A DNA stretch of 64,000 nt from an uncultured Victivallales bacterium (GCA_934661375.1 CAKUJH010000011.1:24795-88794), one strand, 5' to 3'; positions 47,180 to 57,782 are shown, counted from the first letter of the stretch. A program made the numbers and translations. The notes: generated by a model not told the origin, from the sequence alone.

Positions 47180-50100
47180 ATGAAGAAACTCCTTTTTACT
47201 CTGACTGTTCCGCTGCTGCCGGTATTCGGTATGCAGGCCGCTGAAATCCCGGACTTTCATCTGTCTTTTGACAATACGGCGGATGCCCGTCTGCCGCAGA
47301 AAACGGAATCTCCGGAAGTAAAAGGGAGATTGGTTTATGTTCCCGGCATACGCGGTCAGGCTCTGGAAATCACGGATGCACTCCAGACTGTTCTGTGTTA
47401 TCCGTCCAATGGTCTGATCGGCGAAAAAGGCACGATCTCCATGTGGGTGAAGCCTTACTGGAACGGACTGCCGGAAACCAGTCATTACTATCTGTTTCAA
47501 ACGCAGAAGGACAACGGACAAAAAGATTTCCGGTTCTGGTTCTGGACCTGGCTGCGCGGAGATGTGCCGCTGAAAAACGGCGGCGGCATCATCGAACTCA
47601 AAGGCGGAACCCGCGACAGTGTCACCAGAAACGACTGGCTGCATGTCGCAATGGTCTGGAACCGCCGCAACTGGTCGAAAATCTATGTCAACGGGGAAGA
47701 AGTCGCCGCCAGCCGGTTCACCGGCATTGACCTGGAAATGATCCGCCGTTTTTCCATCGGCAGCGCAATTTCCGGAGAAGGCAGATTCAACGGTGCCGTC
47801 GACGAAGTCAAGATTTTCAGAAAACCGCTGTCCAGCCGGGAAATCCGCGCGGAATACCGTTCCAGCGCATTGTTTGACCTGACCATGGACGAAACATTCG
47901 TCAATTCCGGAAAAAACATTGTTCTGGAAGTTTCCGCGGCACCTCAGGGAACCCGGACGGGCAATGCGCTGGATAAAGACACGGAAAAATCCGCTTCCGC
48001 GGCTATGTCCATGCTGCTTTTCGATTCTGCGGAAAAATGTATCGGCCAGCAGGATTTCGGCACGATCCGGCTTCACGGTCCGCAGACTCTTCCGTTCCAG
48101 GCCGGAACTCTTGCGCCGGGACATTACCGGCTCGAAGTTTCCATGCGGGACGGAGACCGCTCCATTGTCCGCACCTTCAAAATTTCCGTGACGGATGTAA
48201 AACCCGAAAACGCCCCGGACGGACCAATTGTCTGCGGGGAATCGTTTTTCCGGAAACAGTATGATTCGCTTCTGGGCAGTGAAATCACCGGAACCCTGAA
48301 CGGCAGGAAATACCGGGAAGCTGCGTCGGAAAAAATGAGCCGCATTTACTGTGAAGTTCCCATCCCGGAACAATACCGGAACGGGGAGCTGCTGATGCTG
48401 GAACTGGAATGGCCGGACGACAAACCGCGCATGGCGGCATTTTATCTGCACTCCGGCAAAGGCTCGCAATCCATCATACGGGACCGTCTGGGGCAGGGGC
48501 TTATTTCCGGCGGAGCATATCCGCTTTCCGGAAAAATGCAGAAAGTCCGTTACTTCTTTTATGCCGGACTGCCCGAATATCTTTTCGAAGCCAGGACCAT
48601 GGCTACCGGCAAGCCTGCCGCCATCGCCTCCATCCGTCTGAGCCGGGTGAAGGAACCTTTGCCTGCGCTGAAAATCAATCTGCCGCCCAATATGCGCGGA
48701 CGCTCCATCGGGCATCTGGACGAGGATCAGTCCTTCGAATACAATCTGGACTGGGACAACACCCGCCCGAAAATGTCCCGGCTGGATGTCGAAACAAAAT
48801 TTCTCCGCAAGCTCTGCGAATACTTTGCCTACACGGGACAGAACTATTTTTCGCTTCCGCTGCTGCGCTATGATTTCACCGCATACGAGCGGACTACGGT
48901 TCCCGGATTCCGCGGCAACATTCCGTTCATGCCCGGCTCCATTCCCTTCTGGATGAAGAGTCTGCATGAAAACGGCATTGAGTTTACCGCCATCATCAAT
49001 CTGTGGGCTCCTCCGGAAATGACTCTCCCCGATCAGAAAAGCCGCTTCATACTGGAAAATTATTATTCCAGGGACAAGGACGGGGCAGTGCTGGAAAAAT
49101 CCTGCAATCCGCTGCATCCGGAAGTCCGGAAACTGCTGGAACGCAATATCGAAGACTTTGCCAGCCGCTTCGCCGCCCGGAAGGGATTGACCGGAATTGA
49201 TCTCTGGCTGGAATGGGACAGCTTCGGTTTCCGCAATCTTGATAACGGCTATGATGATGAAAGTGTCGGGCGTTTCAGCCGCGAAACCGGTCTGAAGATT
49301 CCGGCTTTTGCGGAGCAGAAATATCAGCGGCGTCATCAGTTCCTTACCACTGGCGAAAACCGGAAACGCTGGGTTGCCTGGCGTGCGGAACAGACCACGC
49401 AGCAGATCCGCCGGGTCCGGGAAATCATCAACCGGTACAATCCCGCTCTGCCGCTGTATGTTACAGTTTCCGGATTCCCGATGCGGGGCGATCAGGCAGC
49501 CCGGACGCCCGATACCGTGGATTTCCGCAAAAACATTCTCGAAGAACAGTGTCTGGATATAGATGCGGTGAATGCCATTCCGAATGTTTATGTTACGCCG
49601 ATGCGGTTCTGCACGGATCAGTACTGGATTGAACACTGGTCCGGCGGCTATGCCTCCACCGAAGAACTTCTGCTGAATCCGGCGGTGTCCGCCATATTCA
49701 GAAATCCCCGCGGAAATTATGTCAGCAGTTATCGGGAATATTTTGAAACATTCAGCAAATCTCCGCTCGAAAGTAAATTTCCGGCGTATTTTCAGAATGC
49801 CGACCTGAAACCCCATGGACGCTTCTTCCTGAAGGAACTGGCTTACAGTCTTGCCATGACCGATGCCCAGCGAATCGCTTTCGGTGCACAGCCGCTTGCA
49901 GCTCTCGGCTTTGAGGAACTGGTCCGCGAATTTGTCCGCGCCTACCGCGCATTGCCGGACCGTCCGTTTCAGGACGCTGCCGGAGCCGGCGACCCGGTTA
50001 CAGTCCGCTTCCTGCAAACGGAAAACGGAACATATCTGTATGCTGTAAACCTGATTCATTGTCCCGGCGAGGTGATTCTGCAGCTGCCCGGCGCATCCGG

Positions 50101-50968
50101 GGCGGAAGATCTTTCATCCGGACAGAAGCTCCCGGTTCAGAATGGACGGCTGACTGTTTCCCTGAAACCGTTTGAACTCCGTTCCTTCCTGATTCCGGGC
50201 AAGACAGTTCCTGCTCTGGAAAAAGTTCTGGTGCCGCAGGATTTCCGGAATGAGACGGAAAAGCGTTTCAAGGATTTCGAATACGCCGAACGCGAACTTG
50301 CCGCCGCCGGAATCCGCGACAAAGCATTGAAAGACTGCATGGAAAAATGTCGGAAAGCATATTCGGAAGGCCGTTTCGCGGAACTGTACCGTCTGTTCAA
50401 CAGCAAACTGATGGGGGAACTGAGTCAGAAAATCAGTATGCTGAAAAACGGTTTTCTTTCCCGTGAAGTCCGGATGCTGGAAGAATCACATTTTGCTGTC
50501 AACTGCGGCAGTTCTGAATATCTGCTGAGCGGAGACACGCTGTTTCTGCCGGATATGAAATGGGAAGATGGGACCACGAACTACGGCTACACCGGCAAAG
50601 GAACGCTGGTAGCCCGCAATACGGAAAAAATGCCGGAATCTCCTCTGCGTCCCCTGTTTCAGACAGAACGCTATGACATCAGCGGATATCGTTTCAAGGT
50701 TAAAGACGGCAAATACACTCTGAAAGCCAGTATGCGGGTCGGGTATGAACCGGCACGGAAAAACGGCATTTTTGTAGTGGATGCCGCCGTGAACGGAAAA
50801 ACCGTGGAAAAGGCGTTTGACCTGTTTCAGCGGGAAGGGAAATACGGTTATGCCCAGATCATTGTCCGGGACATCAGACCGCAGAACGGAATTATCTCGT
50901 TTGAGCTGACAACCCAGGAAAGCTCCACTGTGCGTCTGCTGAACGCCATCGAAATAATTCCGCAGTGA
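47180..50968 (+). CDS. Large secreted protein (1262 aa) with N-terminal LamG/ConA-like lectin domain
   Basis: Signal peptide. LamG-like segment (ISMWVKPYWNG...WLHVAMVWNRRNWSKIYVNGEEVAASRF...GAVDEVKIFRKPLSSREI). The remainder is unassigned. Confidence 0.6.
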   Translation: MKKLLFTLTVPLLPVFGMQAAEIPDFHLSFDNTADARLPQKTESPEVKGRLVYVPGIRGQALEITDALQTVLCYPSNGLIGEKGTISMWVKPYWNGLPETSHYYLFQTQKDNGQKDFRFWFWTWLRGDVPLKNGGGIIELKGGTRDSVTRNDWLHVAMVWNRRNWSKIYVNGEEVAASRFTGIDLEMIRRFSIGSAISGEGRFNGAVDEVKIFRKPLSSREIRAEYRSSALFDLTMDETFVNSGKNIVLEVSAAPQGTRTGNALDKDTEKSASAAMSMLLFDSAEKCIGQQDFGTIRLHGPQTLPFQAGTLAPGHYRLEVSMRDGDRSIVRTFKISVTDVKPENAPDGPIVCGESFFRKQYDSLLGSEITGTLNGRKYREAASEKMSRIYCEVPIPEQYRNGELLMLELEWPDDKPRMAAFYLHSGKGSQSIIRDRLGQGLISGGAYPLSGKMQKVRYFFYAGLPEYLFEARTMATGKPAAIASIRLSRVKEPLPALKINLPPNMRGRSIGHLDEDQSFEYNLDWDNTRPKMSRLDVETKFLRKLCEYFAYTGQNYFSLPLLRYDFTAYERTTVPGFRGNIPFMPGSIPFWMKSLHENGIEFTAIINLWAPPEMTLPDQKSRFILENYYSRDKDGAVLEKSCNPLHPEVRKLLERNIEDFASRFAARKGLTGIDLWLEWDSFGFRNLDNGYDDESVGRFSRETGLKIPAFAEQKYQRRHQFLTTGENRKRWVAWRAEQTTQQIRRVREIINRYNPALPLYVTVSGFPMRGDQAARTPDTVDFRKNILEEQCLDIDAVNAIPNVYVTPMRFCTDQYWIEHWSGGYASTEELLLNPAVSAIFRNPRGNYVSSYREYFETFSKSPLESKFPAYFQNADLKPHGRFFLKELAYSLAMTDAQRIAFGAQPLAALGFEELVREFVRAYRALPDRPFQDAAGAGDPVTVRFLQTENGTYLYAVNLIHCPGEVILQLPGASGAEDLSSGQKLPVQNGRLTVSLKPFELRSFLIPGKTVPALEKVLVPQDFRNETEKRFKDFEYAERELAAAGIRDKALKDCMEKCRKAYSEGRFAELYRLFNSKLMGELSQKISMLKNGFLSREVRMLEESHFAVNCGSSEYLLSGDTLFLPDMKWEDGTTNYGYTGKGTLVARNTEKMPESPLRPLFQTERYDISGYRFKVKDGKYTLKASMRVGYEPARKNGIFVVDAAVNGKTVEKAFDLFQREGKYGYAQIIVRDIRPQNGIISFELTTQESSTVRLLNAIEIIPQ

Positions 50969-50984
50969 AATATTGATACTCCGG

Positions 50985-51036
50985 AAAGCACAGCCGGCTG
51001 TCTCCCGACGGAGGTTCAGCGGGGCTGTGCTTTTTT
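50985..51036. terminator. Candidate bidirectional terminator hairpin (AAGCACAGCC...GGCTGTGCTT followed by a T-run) overlapping the 3' end of the ftsB-like gene
   Basis: 10-bp perfect inverted repeat with a T6 tail on the + strand. Coordinates approximate. Confidence 0.45.
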
Positions 51037-51330
51037 ATCGGCAGGCGTTCTGTAAATCAGAACTTCTTCGCCTTCCCGGCAGTACTTGAACTTTTCCCGC
51101 GCGATCCGTTCCGCCGCCAAGGCGCTGTGTTCAAGGTCATGCACCTCAAGAATCAAAGAACGGCATTCTTCCTGCGCCTGCCGCAATTCCTGCTCCAGAT
51201 CAGAGACTTTGCGCTGCATGTCTGTGTATTTGCGGTAAACCGGCATCACCAGAATTACCGCAAATCCCAGAAAAACAGCCAGGAGGATATACAGCGAACC
51301 GGAAAGCATTTTCTGAACTTTACTGCCCAT
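51016..51330 (-). CDS. ftsB: Septum formation initiator family protein (FtsB/DivIC-like)
   Basis: 104 aa. An N-terminal TM helix followed by a coiled coil (DLEQELRQAQEECRSLILEVHDLEHS...). GGAGA RBS. Confidence 0.6.
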   Translation of the reverse strand: MGSKVQKMLSGSLYILLAVFLGFAVILVMPVYRKYTDMQRKVSDLEQELRQAQEECRSLILEVHDLEHSALAAERIAREKFKYCREGEEVLIYRTPADKKAQPR

Positions 51331-51399
51331 GACATATAATCTCCATCCGGCGGCAGGGAAACGATGCCCGCTGTCCGCCGGGCTTGTTCCGGAAGAACC

Positions 51400-53517
51400 T
51401 TACACCTGAAGGGTCATCAGGAATTCGGCGTTGGTTTTCATTTTCTTCAGCTTGCCGATCAGCAGCTCCATCGCTTCCACCGGCGGCACACCGTTCATCG
51501 CCTTGCGGAGAGTCCAGACACGCTGGAGTTCATCCGGATGCAGGAGCAGTTCCTCTTTACGGGTACCGCTGCGCTCGATGTTGATGGCAGGATAGACACG
51601 GCGGTCGACCAGATAACGGTCAAGGTGCAGTTCCATGTTGCCGGTGCCTTTGAACTCTTCAAAGATGACTTCGTCCATACGGCTGCCGGTGTCGATCAGC
51701 GCGGTGGCGATGATGGTCAGACTTCCTTTGCCGTCGATATTGCGGGCTGCGCCGAAGAAACGTTTCGGTTTGTGCAGTGCGTTGGCGTCCACACCGCCGG
51801 TGAGAATCTTGCCGCTGTGCGGCTGAAGGGTGTTGTAGGCGCGGGCAAGACGCGTAATGGAGTCCAGCAGGATCACTACATCTTTGCCGTATTCCACCAT
51901 GCGTTTGGCTTTTTCGATCACCATTTCGGCAACCTGAACATGGCGTTCCGGCGGTTCGTCGAAAGTGGAGCTGACCACTTCCGCTTTGACCGAACGCTGC
52001 ATGTCCGTAACTTCTTCCGGGCGTTCGTCAATCAGCAGAATGATGAGTTCCACATCCGGATTGTTTTTGCTGATGGCGTTTGCCATTTTCTGCATCAGAA
52101 CCGTTTTACCGGTACGCGGCGGCGCTACAATCAGACCGCGCTGTCCCATACCGATCGGCGTCACCAGGTCGACCACACGGGTGGACAGTTCTTCCGGAGA
52201 ATTTTCCAGAATCAGACGCTGTGTCGGAAAGTACGGAGTCAGATCACTGAACGGAATGATGGTGCGTTTGCGGTCCGGAGACTCGTGGTTGATGGTTTCC
52301 ACTTTGAGCATGGCGAAGAAACGCTCTTTTTCGCGCGGAGGACGGATCTGTCCCGTAATGAAGTCGCCGGTCTTGACCGAGAAACGCCGGATCTGCGACG
52401 GACTCAGGTAAATATCTTCCGATGAGGGCAGGTAGCTGTACGCGGGGGAACGCAGAAAACCGAAACCGTCCGGCAGAATTTCCAGGAATCCGCTGCCGTA
52501 CATGATGCCGTTGCGTTCGGCATTGACCCGCAGAATTTCAAACACCAGTTTGGATTTTTCCAGCGCACCGACACCTTCAATGCCCATTTCACGCGCCATC
52601 ACGCTCAATCTTTCCATCGACATTTCCTGAAGTTCGGAAATGTTCACGCTGGGAACCGGAGTTTTGGGCGCATTGGGATCAGCCGGAACTGCCGGAGCCT
52701 GCGCTGCATTCTCCATCGGCTGAACCGGCTGCTGCATCTGCGGCTGCGGACGCGAAAGCTGGGAATAATTGTTGTTGGAATTGTATTCCTGGCTGTAATC
52801 ATTGCCGTAGCCGTAGGAATTCCGGTTGTAATCGTTCTGGTAGTTCCCGTGGTTCTGACGGCTGCCGTTCTGGTTGTTGTGGTAGAAGCGGCGCTGTCCG
52901 TCCAGATAATCGTCATCATACCGGTTGTTGTTCTGCGGCTGATAACGGCGGCGCTGATTGTTGTTATTGTTGTTATTATTGTTGTTGCCGCGGCGGTTGT
53001 TGTAATCCTGACGCTGCTGCATCCGGTCGCCGTTGCGGCGCTGATTGTTGTTCTGCATCCGCTGCTGCATCATGGGGTTGCGGCGCTGCTGAACCGGCGC
53101 ACTTTCCGTATCCCGGTAATTGTCATAATCATCGGTGTCCGTCGGGATCGGGGCGGCAGGTTCGGTGTAGGTCGCACTGATGGGTTCCGGAGCAGGGACA
53201 TAGCCGTCGTCGTCATCTTCCGGCGGACCGAAGGAAACGGCATTGACGGGTTCTGTCGGAACAACCAGCAGGTCCGGCTGGGCGTTGGCGAAGTATTCCG
53301 GTTCTTCTGCTTCCGATTTTTTCGGTGCCGGTGCCGGAGCCGGAGCAGAAGCCGGGGCAGAAACCTGAACAGCCGGTGCGGGTTCCGCCGGACGCTGACG
53401 CGGCGGACGTCCGCGTCTTTTCGGTGCCGGAGCCGGAGCTGCGGCTTCTGCGGGTTGAGCGGGAACCGGATTGTTTTCCGGTGCGGGAACGGATGACAAG
53501 TTGTTTTCCTGATCCAT
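51400..53517 (-). CDS. rho: Transcription termination factor Rho with ~285-aa N-terminal low-complexity (Pro/Ala then Asn/Gln/Arg/Tyr-rich) extension
   Basis: Rho core: [19 protein letters not shown] Walker A, RNA-binding CSD, and the C-terminal RecA-like domain. The N-terminal extension includes an N9 homopolymer. AGGAGA RBS. Confidence 0.9.
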   Translation of the reverse strand: MDQENNLSSVPAPENNPVPAQPAEAAAPAPAPKRRGRPPRQRPAEPAPAVQVSAPASAPAPAPAPKKSEAEEPEYFANAQPDLLVVPTEPVNAVSFGPPEDDDDGYVPAPEPISATYTEPAAPIPTDTDDYDNYRDTESAPVQQRRNPMMQQRMQNNNQRRNGDRMQQRQDYNNRRGNNNNNNNNNNQRRRYQPQNNNRYDDDYLDGQRRFYHNNQNGSRQNHGNYQNDYNRNSYGYGNDYSQEYNSNNNYSQLSRPQPQMQQPVQPMENAAQAPAVPADPNAPKTPVPSVNISELQEMSMERLSVMAREMGIEGVGALEKSKLVFEILRVNAERNGIMYGSGFLEILPDGFGFLRSPAYSYLPSSEDIYLSPSQIRRFSVKTGDFITGQIRPPREKERFFAMLKVETINHESPDRKRTIIPFSDLTPYFPTQRLILENSPEELSTRVVDLVTPIGMGQRGLIVAPPRTGKTVLMQKMANAISKNNPDVELIILLIDERPEEVTDMQRSVKAEVVSSTFDEPPERHVQVAEMVIEKAKRMVEYGKDVVILLDSITRLARAYNTLQPHSGKILTGGVDANALHKPKRFFGAARNIDGKGSLTIIATALIDTGSRMDEVIFEEFKGTGNMELHLDRYLVDRRVYPAINIERSGTRKEELLLHPDELQRVWTLRKAMNGVPPVEAMELLIGKLKKMKTNAEFLMTLQV

Positions 53518-53537
53518 CGGGTTGTTTCTCCTGTTTT

Positions 53538-54143
53538 TTATTTATTGAAAAACTGTTTGATTTCCTGATCCAGCCGGCGGCATTGTTCGCGCAGCATATC
53601 GAGCGAGCCTCGGTTGATGATTCCGTAATCCGCCAATTCCAGTTTCCGGGCGGCGGAAAATTGTGCAGACATGCGTTCCTCCGCATGTTCACGTGTCCAG
53701 TTCCGGGACAGCAGACGCGTCATCTGTATTTCCGGCGGCGACCAGACGGCAATCGTTTTATCCATGTGCGGACTCCATTTGGTTTCGAACAGCAGCGGAA
53801 CTTCCACCAGCACAAACCTGGCTTCTAAACGGACTGCCTGGTCTTCCAGACGCCGCAGAATTTCCGGGTGCAGAACGGAATTGAGCCACTGGCGTTCCGT
53901 CTCATCGCCGAAAACTTTTTCCGCAATGAACTTGCGATCCGGCAGTGCATCCGCACCGATCACCGCTCGACCCCAGCGTTCCTCCAGCAAATGTGTGAAC
54001 AGCGAATCCGCTTCCGAGTAAATCTCGTGGCAAATCCGGTCTGCATCCAGACAATGCCAATCCTGAAACGTGCTGAAAATCCTGCCGACTTCCGATTTGC
54101 CGCATCCCGGTCCGCCGGTCAGACCTATCCGTATGAAACTCAA
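53538..54143 (-). CDS. coaE: Dephospho-CoA kinase
   Basis: [15 protein letters not shown]-loop at the N-terminus. A probable TTG start with AGGAGA RBS gives ~201 aa; the longer ATG-initiated ORF (to 54248) is less likely. Confidence 0.8.
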   Translation of the reverse strand: MSFIRIGLTGGPGCGKSEVGRIFSTFQDWHCLDADRICHEIYSEADSLFTHLLEERWGRAVIGADALPDRKFIAEKVFGDETERQWLNSVLHPEILRRLEDQAVRLEARFVLVEVPLLFETKWSPHMDKTIAVWSPPEIQMTRLLSRNWTREHAEERMSAQFSAARKLELADYGIINRGSLDMLREQCRRLDQEIKQFFNK

Positions 54144-54361
54144 AAAATATCTCCTGAAAATTCCGTTATCATTTTTCCTTGTGAACAAAATCCGGAAACA
54201 GTTCATACTGCGCTGATTGCCATTCTGGGGAAAAATGCCGTTTCGCAAAAAAATTATGGAAAACGGATAAAATCATGCAAATGATACTGTACTTTATCAC
54301 TTTTTGCGCTATATTCAAGTGTAAATTCATTTTTTTTTGGCAGGAAAGGAATATTTTCAGC

Positions 54362-54913
54362 ATGAAAAGAGTCAGCAGCAAAGAGGTCGCAGCCGGAAAA
54401 TGGCTTGCCCTTAATGAAATTGAGTACATCGACAACAAAGGTGTCCGGCGTATCTGGGAATCCGTTTCCCGCAAACGTTCCGCCGGAGCCGTCGCCATTA
54501 TCTGCACCCTCAAACCTTCCGGACGCCTGATCCTGGTCCGGCAGTACCGTCCCCCCGCGGACAGCATGGTCATCGAGTTTCCCGCCGGACTGGTCAATCC
54601 CGGTGAATCGCCGGAAGTTACGGCAGTCCGCGAACTGCGGGAAGAAACCGGATATCAGGGACGTCTCATCCGCATGATTCCCGATACCTTCAGCTCGCCC
54701 GGACTCAGTTCCGAGCTCGTGCGCCTGGCGGTCATGGAAGCCGATGACACTCCCGCTGAACAGCTGGTCACGGATTTTGATGATACGGAGGATATCGAAA
54801 CTCTGCTGGTGGACCGTTCCCGTCTGGAAGAGTTTCTGTTTGAAGCGGCGCAGCGCGGCGATCAGGTCGATGGCCGCGTCTGCGCTTTTGCGGTCGGCAT
54901 GTCCTTGAAATAA
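54362..54913 (+). CDS. Nudix hydrolase (ADP-ribose pyrophosphatase-like)
   Basis: Nudix box GLVNPGESPEVTAVRELREETGY. RBS-supported ATG at 54362. Confidence 0.85.
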   Translation: MKRVSSKEVAAGKWLALNEIEYIDNKGVRRIWESVSRKRSAGAVAIICTLKPSGRLILVRQYRPPADSMVIEFPAGLVNPGESPEVTAVRELREETGYQGRLIRMIPDTFSSPGLSSELVRLAVMEADDTPAEQLVTDFDDTEDIETLLVDRSRLEEFLFEAAQRGDQVDGRVCAFAVGMSLK

Positions 54914-54921
54914 AACCGGCT

Positions 54922-55245
54922 TTATTCCGTCCGCATTTTCCCGTTGAAACAGATGTGGATCCGCTGGGAACTGATTCCGTATCCGGCAAGCAGACCGCAA
55001 TAGGCTGCACTCAGCCGGTCACACTTTTCCTGTGAAAGCGATTCGCCGCTGATCACTGCGGCAAATGCGGACGGCGCAAGGAAGTTTCCGCCGGACGCTA
55101 CAACGGTATCGTCGTTGACGACCACCTGGATTTCCTGCAGGACTCCGGCAAATTCATCCGCGGTGAGACCGGACACTTTGACCGCCAGGTCCTCCTTCTG
55201 CGTGCGATCCAGTTTCTGCGAGACAGTCAGTTTGACAGTTAACAT
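54922..55245 (-). CDS. MIF/tautomerase-superfamily-like small protein (no Pro1)
   Basis: Pattern similarity to macrophage migration inhibitory factor (V..D..FGG...SIG.I...N...LC.LL...L.I...R.YI.F.DM). GGGGAGGA RBS before MLTVKL. The catalytic Pro1 is absent. Confidence 0.45.
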   Translation of the reverse strand: MLTVKLTVSQKLDRTQKEDLAVKVSGLTADEFAGVLQEIQVVVNDDTVVASGGNFLAPSAFAAVISGESLSQEKCDRLSAAYCGLLAGYGISSQRIHICFNGKMRTE

Positions 55246-55338
55246 AGTCCTCCCCTTTTTTTGCGGAATCCCGACAGGCGGGATTCCTGTTGCAGGCACA
55301 TTCCCGGATCCCCTTGATCCGGGAACGGCATTTTTTTG

Positions 55339-56898
55339 TCAGCCTTGCGGCGCAGCGGCGTTTTTCCGTGCAGCCGGATCCTTGACTGTGCCAAGGTATG
55401 CGGGCAGCTCGACGCCAGCCATGCCAGCGACGTCATGCAGCGGCGGCAGACTCTGCATCATACCGCTGAGAAAATTCGCCGTGGCGTTTTTGCCTTCGGG
55501 ATTCTTGCCGCCATCCCAGACCGTAACCTTGTCGATCTTGATATTGCGGATCGCTTCGGTCTGGAGCTTGACAATTTCCTCCAGTTTTTCGATCAGCAGC
55601 ATCTTGGAGGCAGAATCGGCATTGTTTCCGCAGGCGGCGATGATCTGATTGTAACCTTCGCCTTTGGCTTTCAGGATCTCGAAATTGCCGCGGGCCTCCG
55701 CTTCCAGTTTGGCGTAAATGGCATCCGCCTGACCTTTGGCTTCGCGGCGCAGTTTTTCGGCTTCGGCTTCCGCCTTGATCACCAGTTGCTGTCTTTCAAT
55801 TTCAGCATGAACGATGGTGTCGGCTTTCTGCTTTTCCATTTCCATGTTGGCGCGGGCGACCTGAGCAGTCTGTTCCGCTTCATAATCCGCCTGTTTGATT
55901 TTGGCTTCGGCGACCCGCTTGGCGGCTTCCGCCAGACGGTAGGCTTCGGCTTCTTTTTCGATACGGGCGGCATTGGACTGGGCTATTTCGATGGCGGAAA
56001 CGTTTTCTCCTTCGATGGCTGCGGCCTCGGCTTTCTTGGTCTCGATACGGCGCTGCTTGTCGGCGTCCGCTTCCCCGATGATGGCTTCGGCTTCCGCCTG
56101 CTTGATGGCAATGCGGCGGAGTTTGTCGGCATTGGCTTCTCCGGACTGGGCGTCCGCTTCCGCCTGAGACACGGCGATTCGCTGTGCCTTGCGCGCGTCC
56201 GCTTCACCGATCCCGCCCTTGCGCTCTTCTTCGGCAACTTCAATTCGCGCCTTGTTGATGGCTTCCGCCGCCGCCCGTTTGCCGATGGCGTTGATGTAAC
56301 CGCTTTCGTCCGTGATGTCGGTAATGTTCACGTTCAGAAGCAGCAGCCCGATCTTGTTGAGTTCTTCCGCCACGTTCTGTTCAATGCTGCGCAGAAATGT
56401 TTCACGGTCGGAGTTGATCTGCTCGATCGTCATGGAGGCGATCACCAGACGCAGCTGTCCGAATATAATGTCTTTCGCCAGCTCTCCGATGGCTTCCGGC
56501 GTCAAGCCCAGCAGACGGTTCGCCGCGTTCCCCATCAGGGCTTCATCCGTGCTGACGCCCACCGTGAAGACCGACGGGACGTTGATGCGGATATTCTGTT
56601 TGCACAGCGCGTTTTTCAGGTTGACTTCCAGCTGGATCGGACGCAGCGAAAGGAAGCCGTAGTCCTGAATCACCGGCCAGATGAACGCGGTCCCGCCGTG
56701 AATGCAGCGGGCAGCATGGGTCGCAGTCCGGTGATGAAACAGCACTGAACCGTAAATGACCATCACGCGGTCGGACGGACATTTCTTGATGCGGGCAAGA
56801 ATGCCCAATGCCACGGCAAAGATGACAAACAGGCCGATGGCAATCAGCAGTACGGTCCCGCCGGAAACCGGCGCAGCGATGACGGGTGAAATGAACAT
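55339..56898 (-). CDS. Flotillin / SPFH (band 7) family protein (YqiK/FloT-like)
   Basis: N-terminal TM helix, SPFH domain, long Ala/Glu-rich coiled coil (EAEAIIGEADADKQRRIE...), and the C-terminal flotillin tail. Confidence 0.85.
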   Translation of the reverse strand: MFISPVIAAPVSGGTVLLIAIGLFVIFAVALGILARIKKCPSDRVMVIYGSVLFHHRTATHAARCIHGGTAFIWPVIQDYGFLSLRPIQLEVNLKNALCKQNIRINVPSVFTVGVSTDEALMGNAANRLLGLTPEAIGELAKDIIFGQLRLVIASMTIEQINSDRETFLRSIEQNVAEELNKIGLLLLNVNITDITDESGYINAIGKRAAAEAINKARIEVAEEERKGGIGEADARKAQRIAVSQAEADAQSGEANADKLRRIAIKQAEAEAIIGEADADKQRRIETKKAEAAAIEGENVSAIEIAQSNAARIEKEAEAYRLAEAAKRVAEAKIKQADYEAEQTAQVARANMEMEKQKADTIVHAEIERQQLVIKAEAEAEKLRREAKGQADAIYAKLEAEARGNFEILKAKGEGYNQIIAACGNNADSASKMLLIEKLEEIVKLQTEAIRNIKIDKVTVWDGGKNPEGKNATANFLSGMMQSLPPLHDVAGMAGVELPAYLGTVKDPAARKNAAAPQG

Positions 56899-56937
56899 GG
56901 GGTGGGGTTCTCCTTGGGTTGTATATTTGATTTTTAT

Positions 56938-57528
56938 TCAGGAAATTTTGCGAACCAGAAAACGGGAATCATCCAGCAGTGCGACAATCGTTACCGTGCT
57001 GCCGGTCGGAATGGCATCTTCGGCAACGGCTTTCAATTCATGCGTGGCTCCGTTCAGCGAAACCGTGATTTTGCCGACTTTCTCCCGTCCGCCGGGAATG
57101 CCGAGATACACAGAACCGTTTTTCCCAATGAAACTCTTGTTGGAAAAAGTTCCCGAATACTGCAGTTTGAGCATCCCCCAGATCATCAGGGCGGTAACCA
57201 CCATCGTGGCGAATCCGGCGGCAAACGCGCCGAGGAATCCTCCCAGTCCGTAACGTCCCCAGATCACACCGCCCCAGCCGAACACCGTCAGAAATGCCAG
57301 AATCGACCGGATGGAAAACAGTTTGAAATCCAATGCTCCGGTATCCAGATGATCCAGCGCGGCGCCGTCGGTATCAAAATCCGGTCCGTCCAGTCCGCCG
57401 AATCCGAACAGTGCCATCAGACAGGTCAGCGCAAAGAAAAAACTCCCGAAAATTGCCAATCCCCAATACACCGCCAGCACTCTGCCGTCCGACAGAAACG
57501 CTCCAATATTACCTATCCAGGATTCCAT
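56938..57528 (-). CDS. NfeD-like (YqiJ/YuaF-type) membrane protein, flotillin partner
   Basis: Gly-rich TM helices followed by a C-terminal OB-fold-like beta domain. Gene sits immediately upstream of flotillin. Confidence 0.7.
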   Translation of the reverse strand: MESWIGNIGAFLSDGRVLAVYWGLAIFGSFFFALTCLMALFGFGGLDGPDFDTDGAALDHLDTGALDFKLFSIRSILAFLTVFGWGGVIWGRYGLGGFLGAFAAGFATMVVTALMIWGMLKLQYSGTFSNKSFIGKNGSVYLGIPGGREKVGKITVSLNGATHELKAVAEDAIPTGSTVTIVALLDDSRFLVRKIS

Positions 57529-57782
57529 ATCGGCAACACTCCTTTCGTTTGTTTTTCATTACATTGATAAACAGATAATCGTTCTGTTTCATTTTTCAAG
57601 AGATAAAACTGTTTTTTTTGAGATTTTTTCTTTATTCCGCCCGGATTTTTTGTGTAGAGACCGTTCCAGGTCTGCATTTCACAGAATAAGAATATAAGCC
57701 TTGTATTTTCTTGCCGCAGCTTGACAAATGACAGGGTGATGGTATTTTATGGAACCGTTATTTATAACTGAAGGAATGTATT

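Noticed and set aside
46208-50059. 1283-aa minus-strand ORF opposite the lectin/LamG genes
   Set aside because: It is a mirror ORF of the confidently called + strand secreted proteins. It has no signal peptide or domain signatures and has Gly/Arg/Phe-biased composition.
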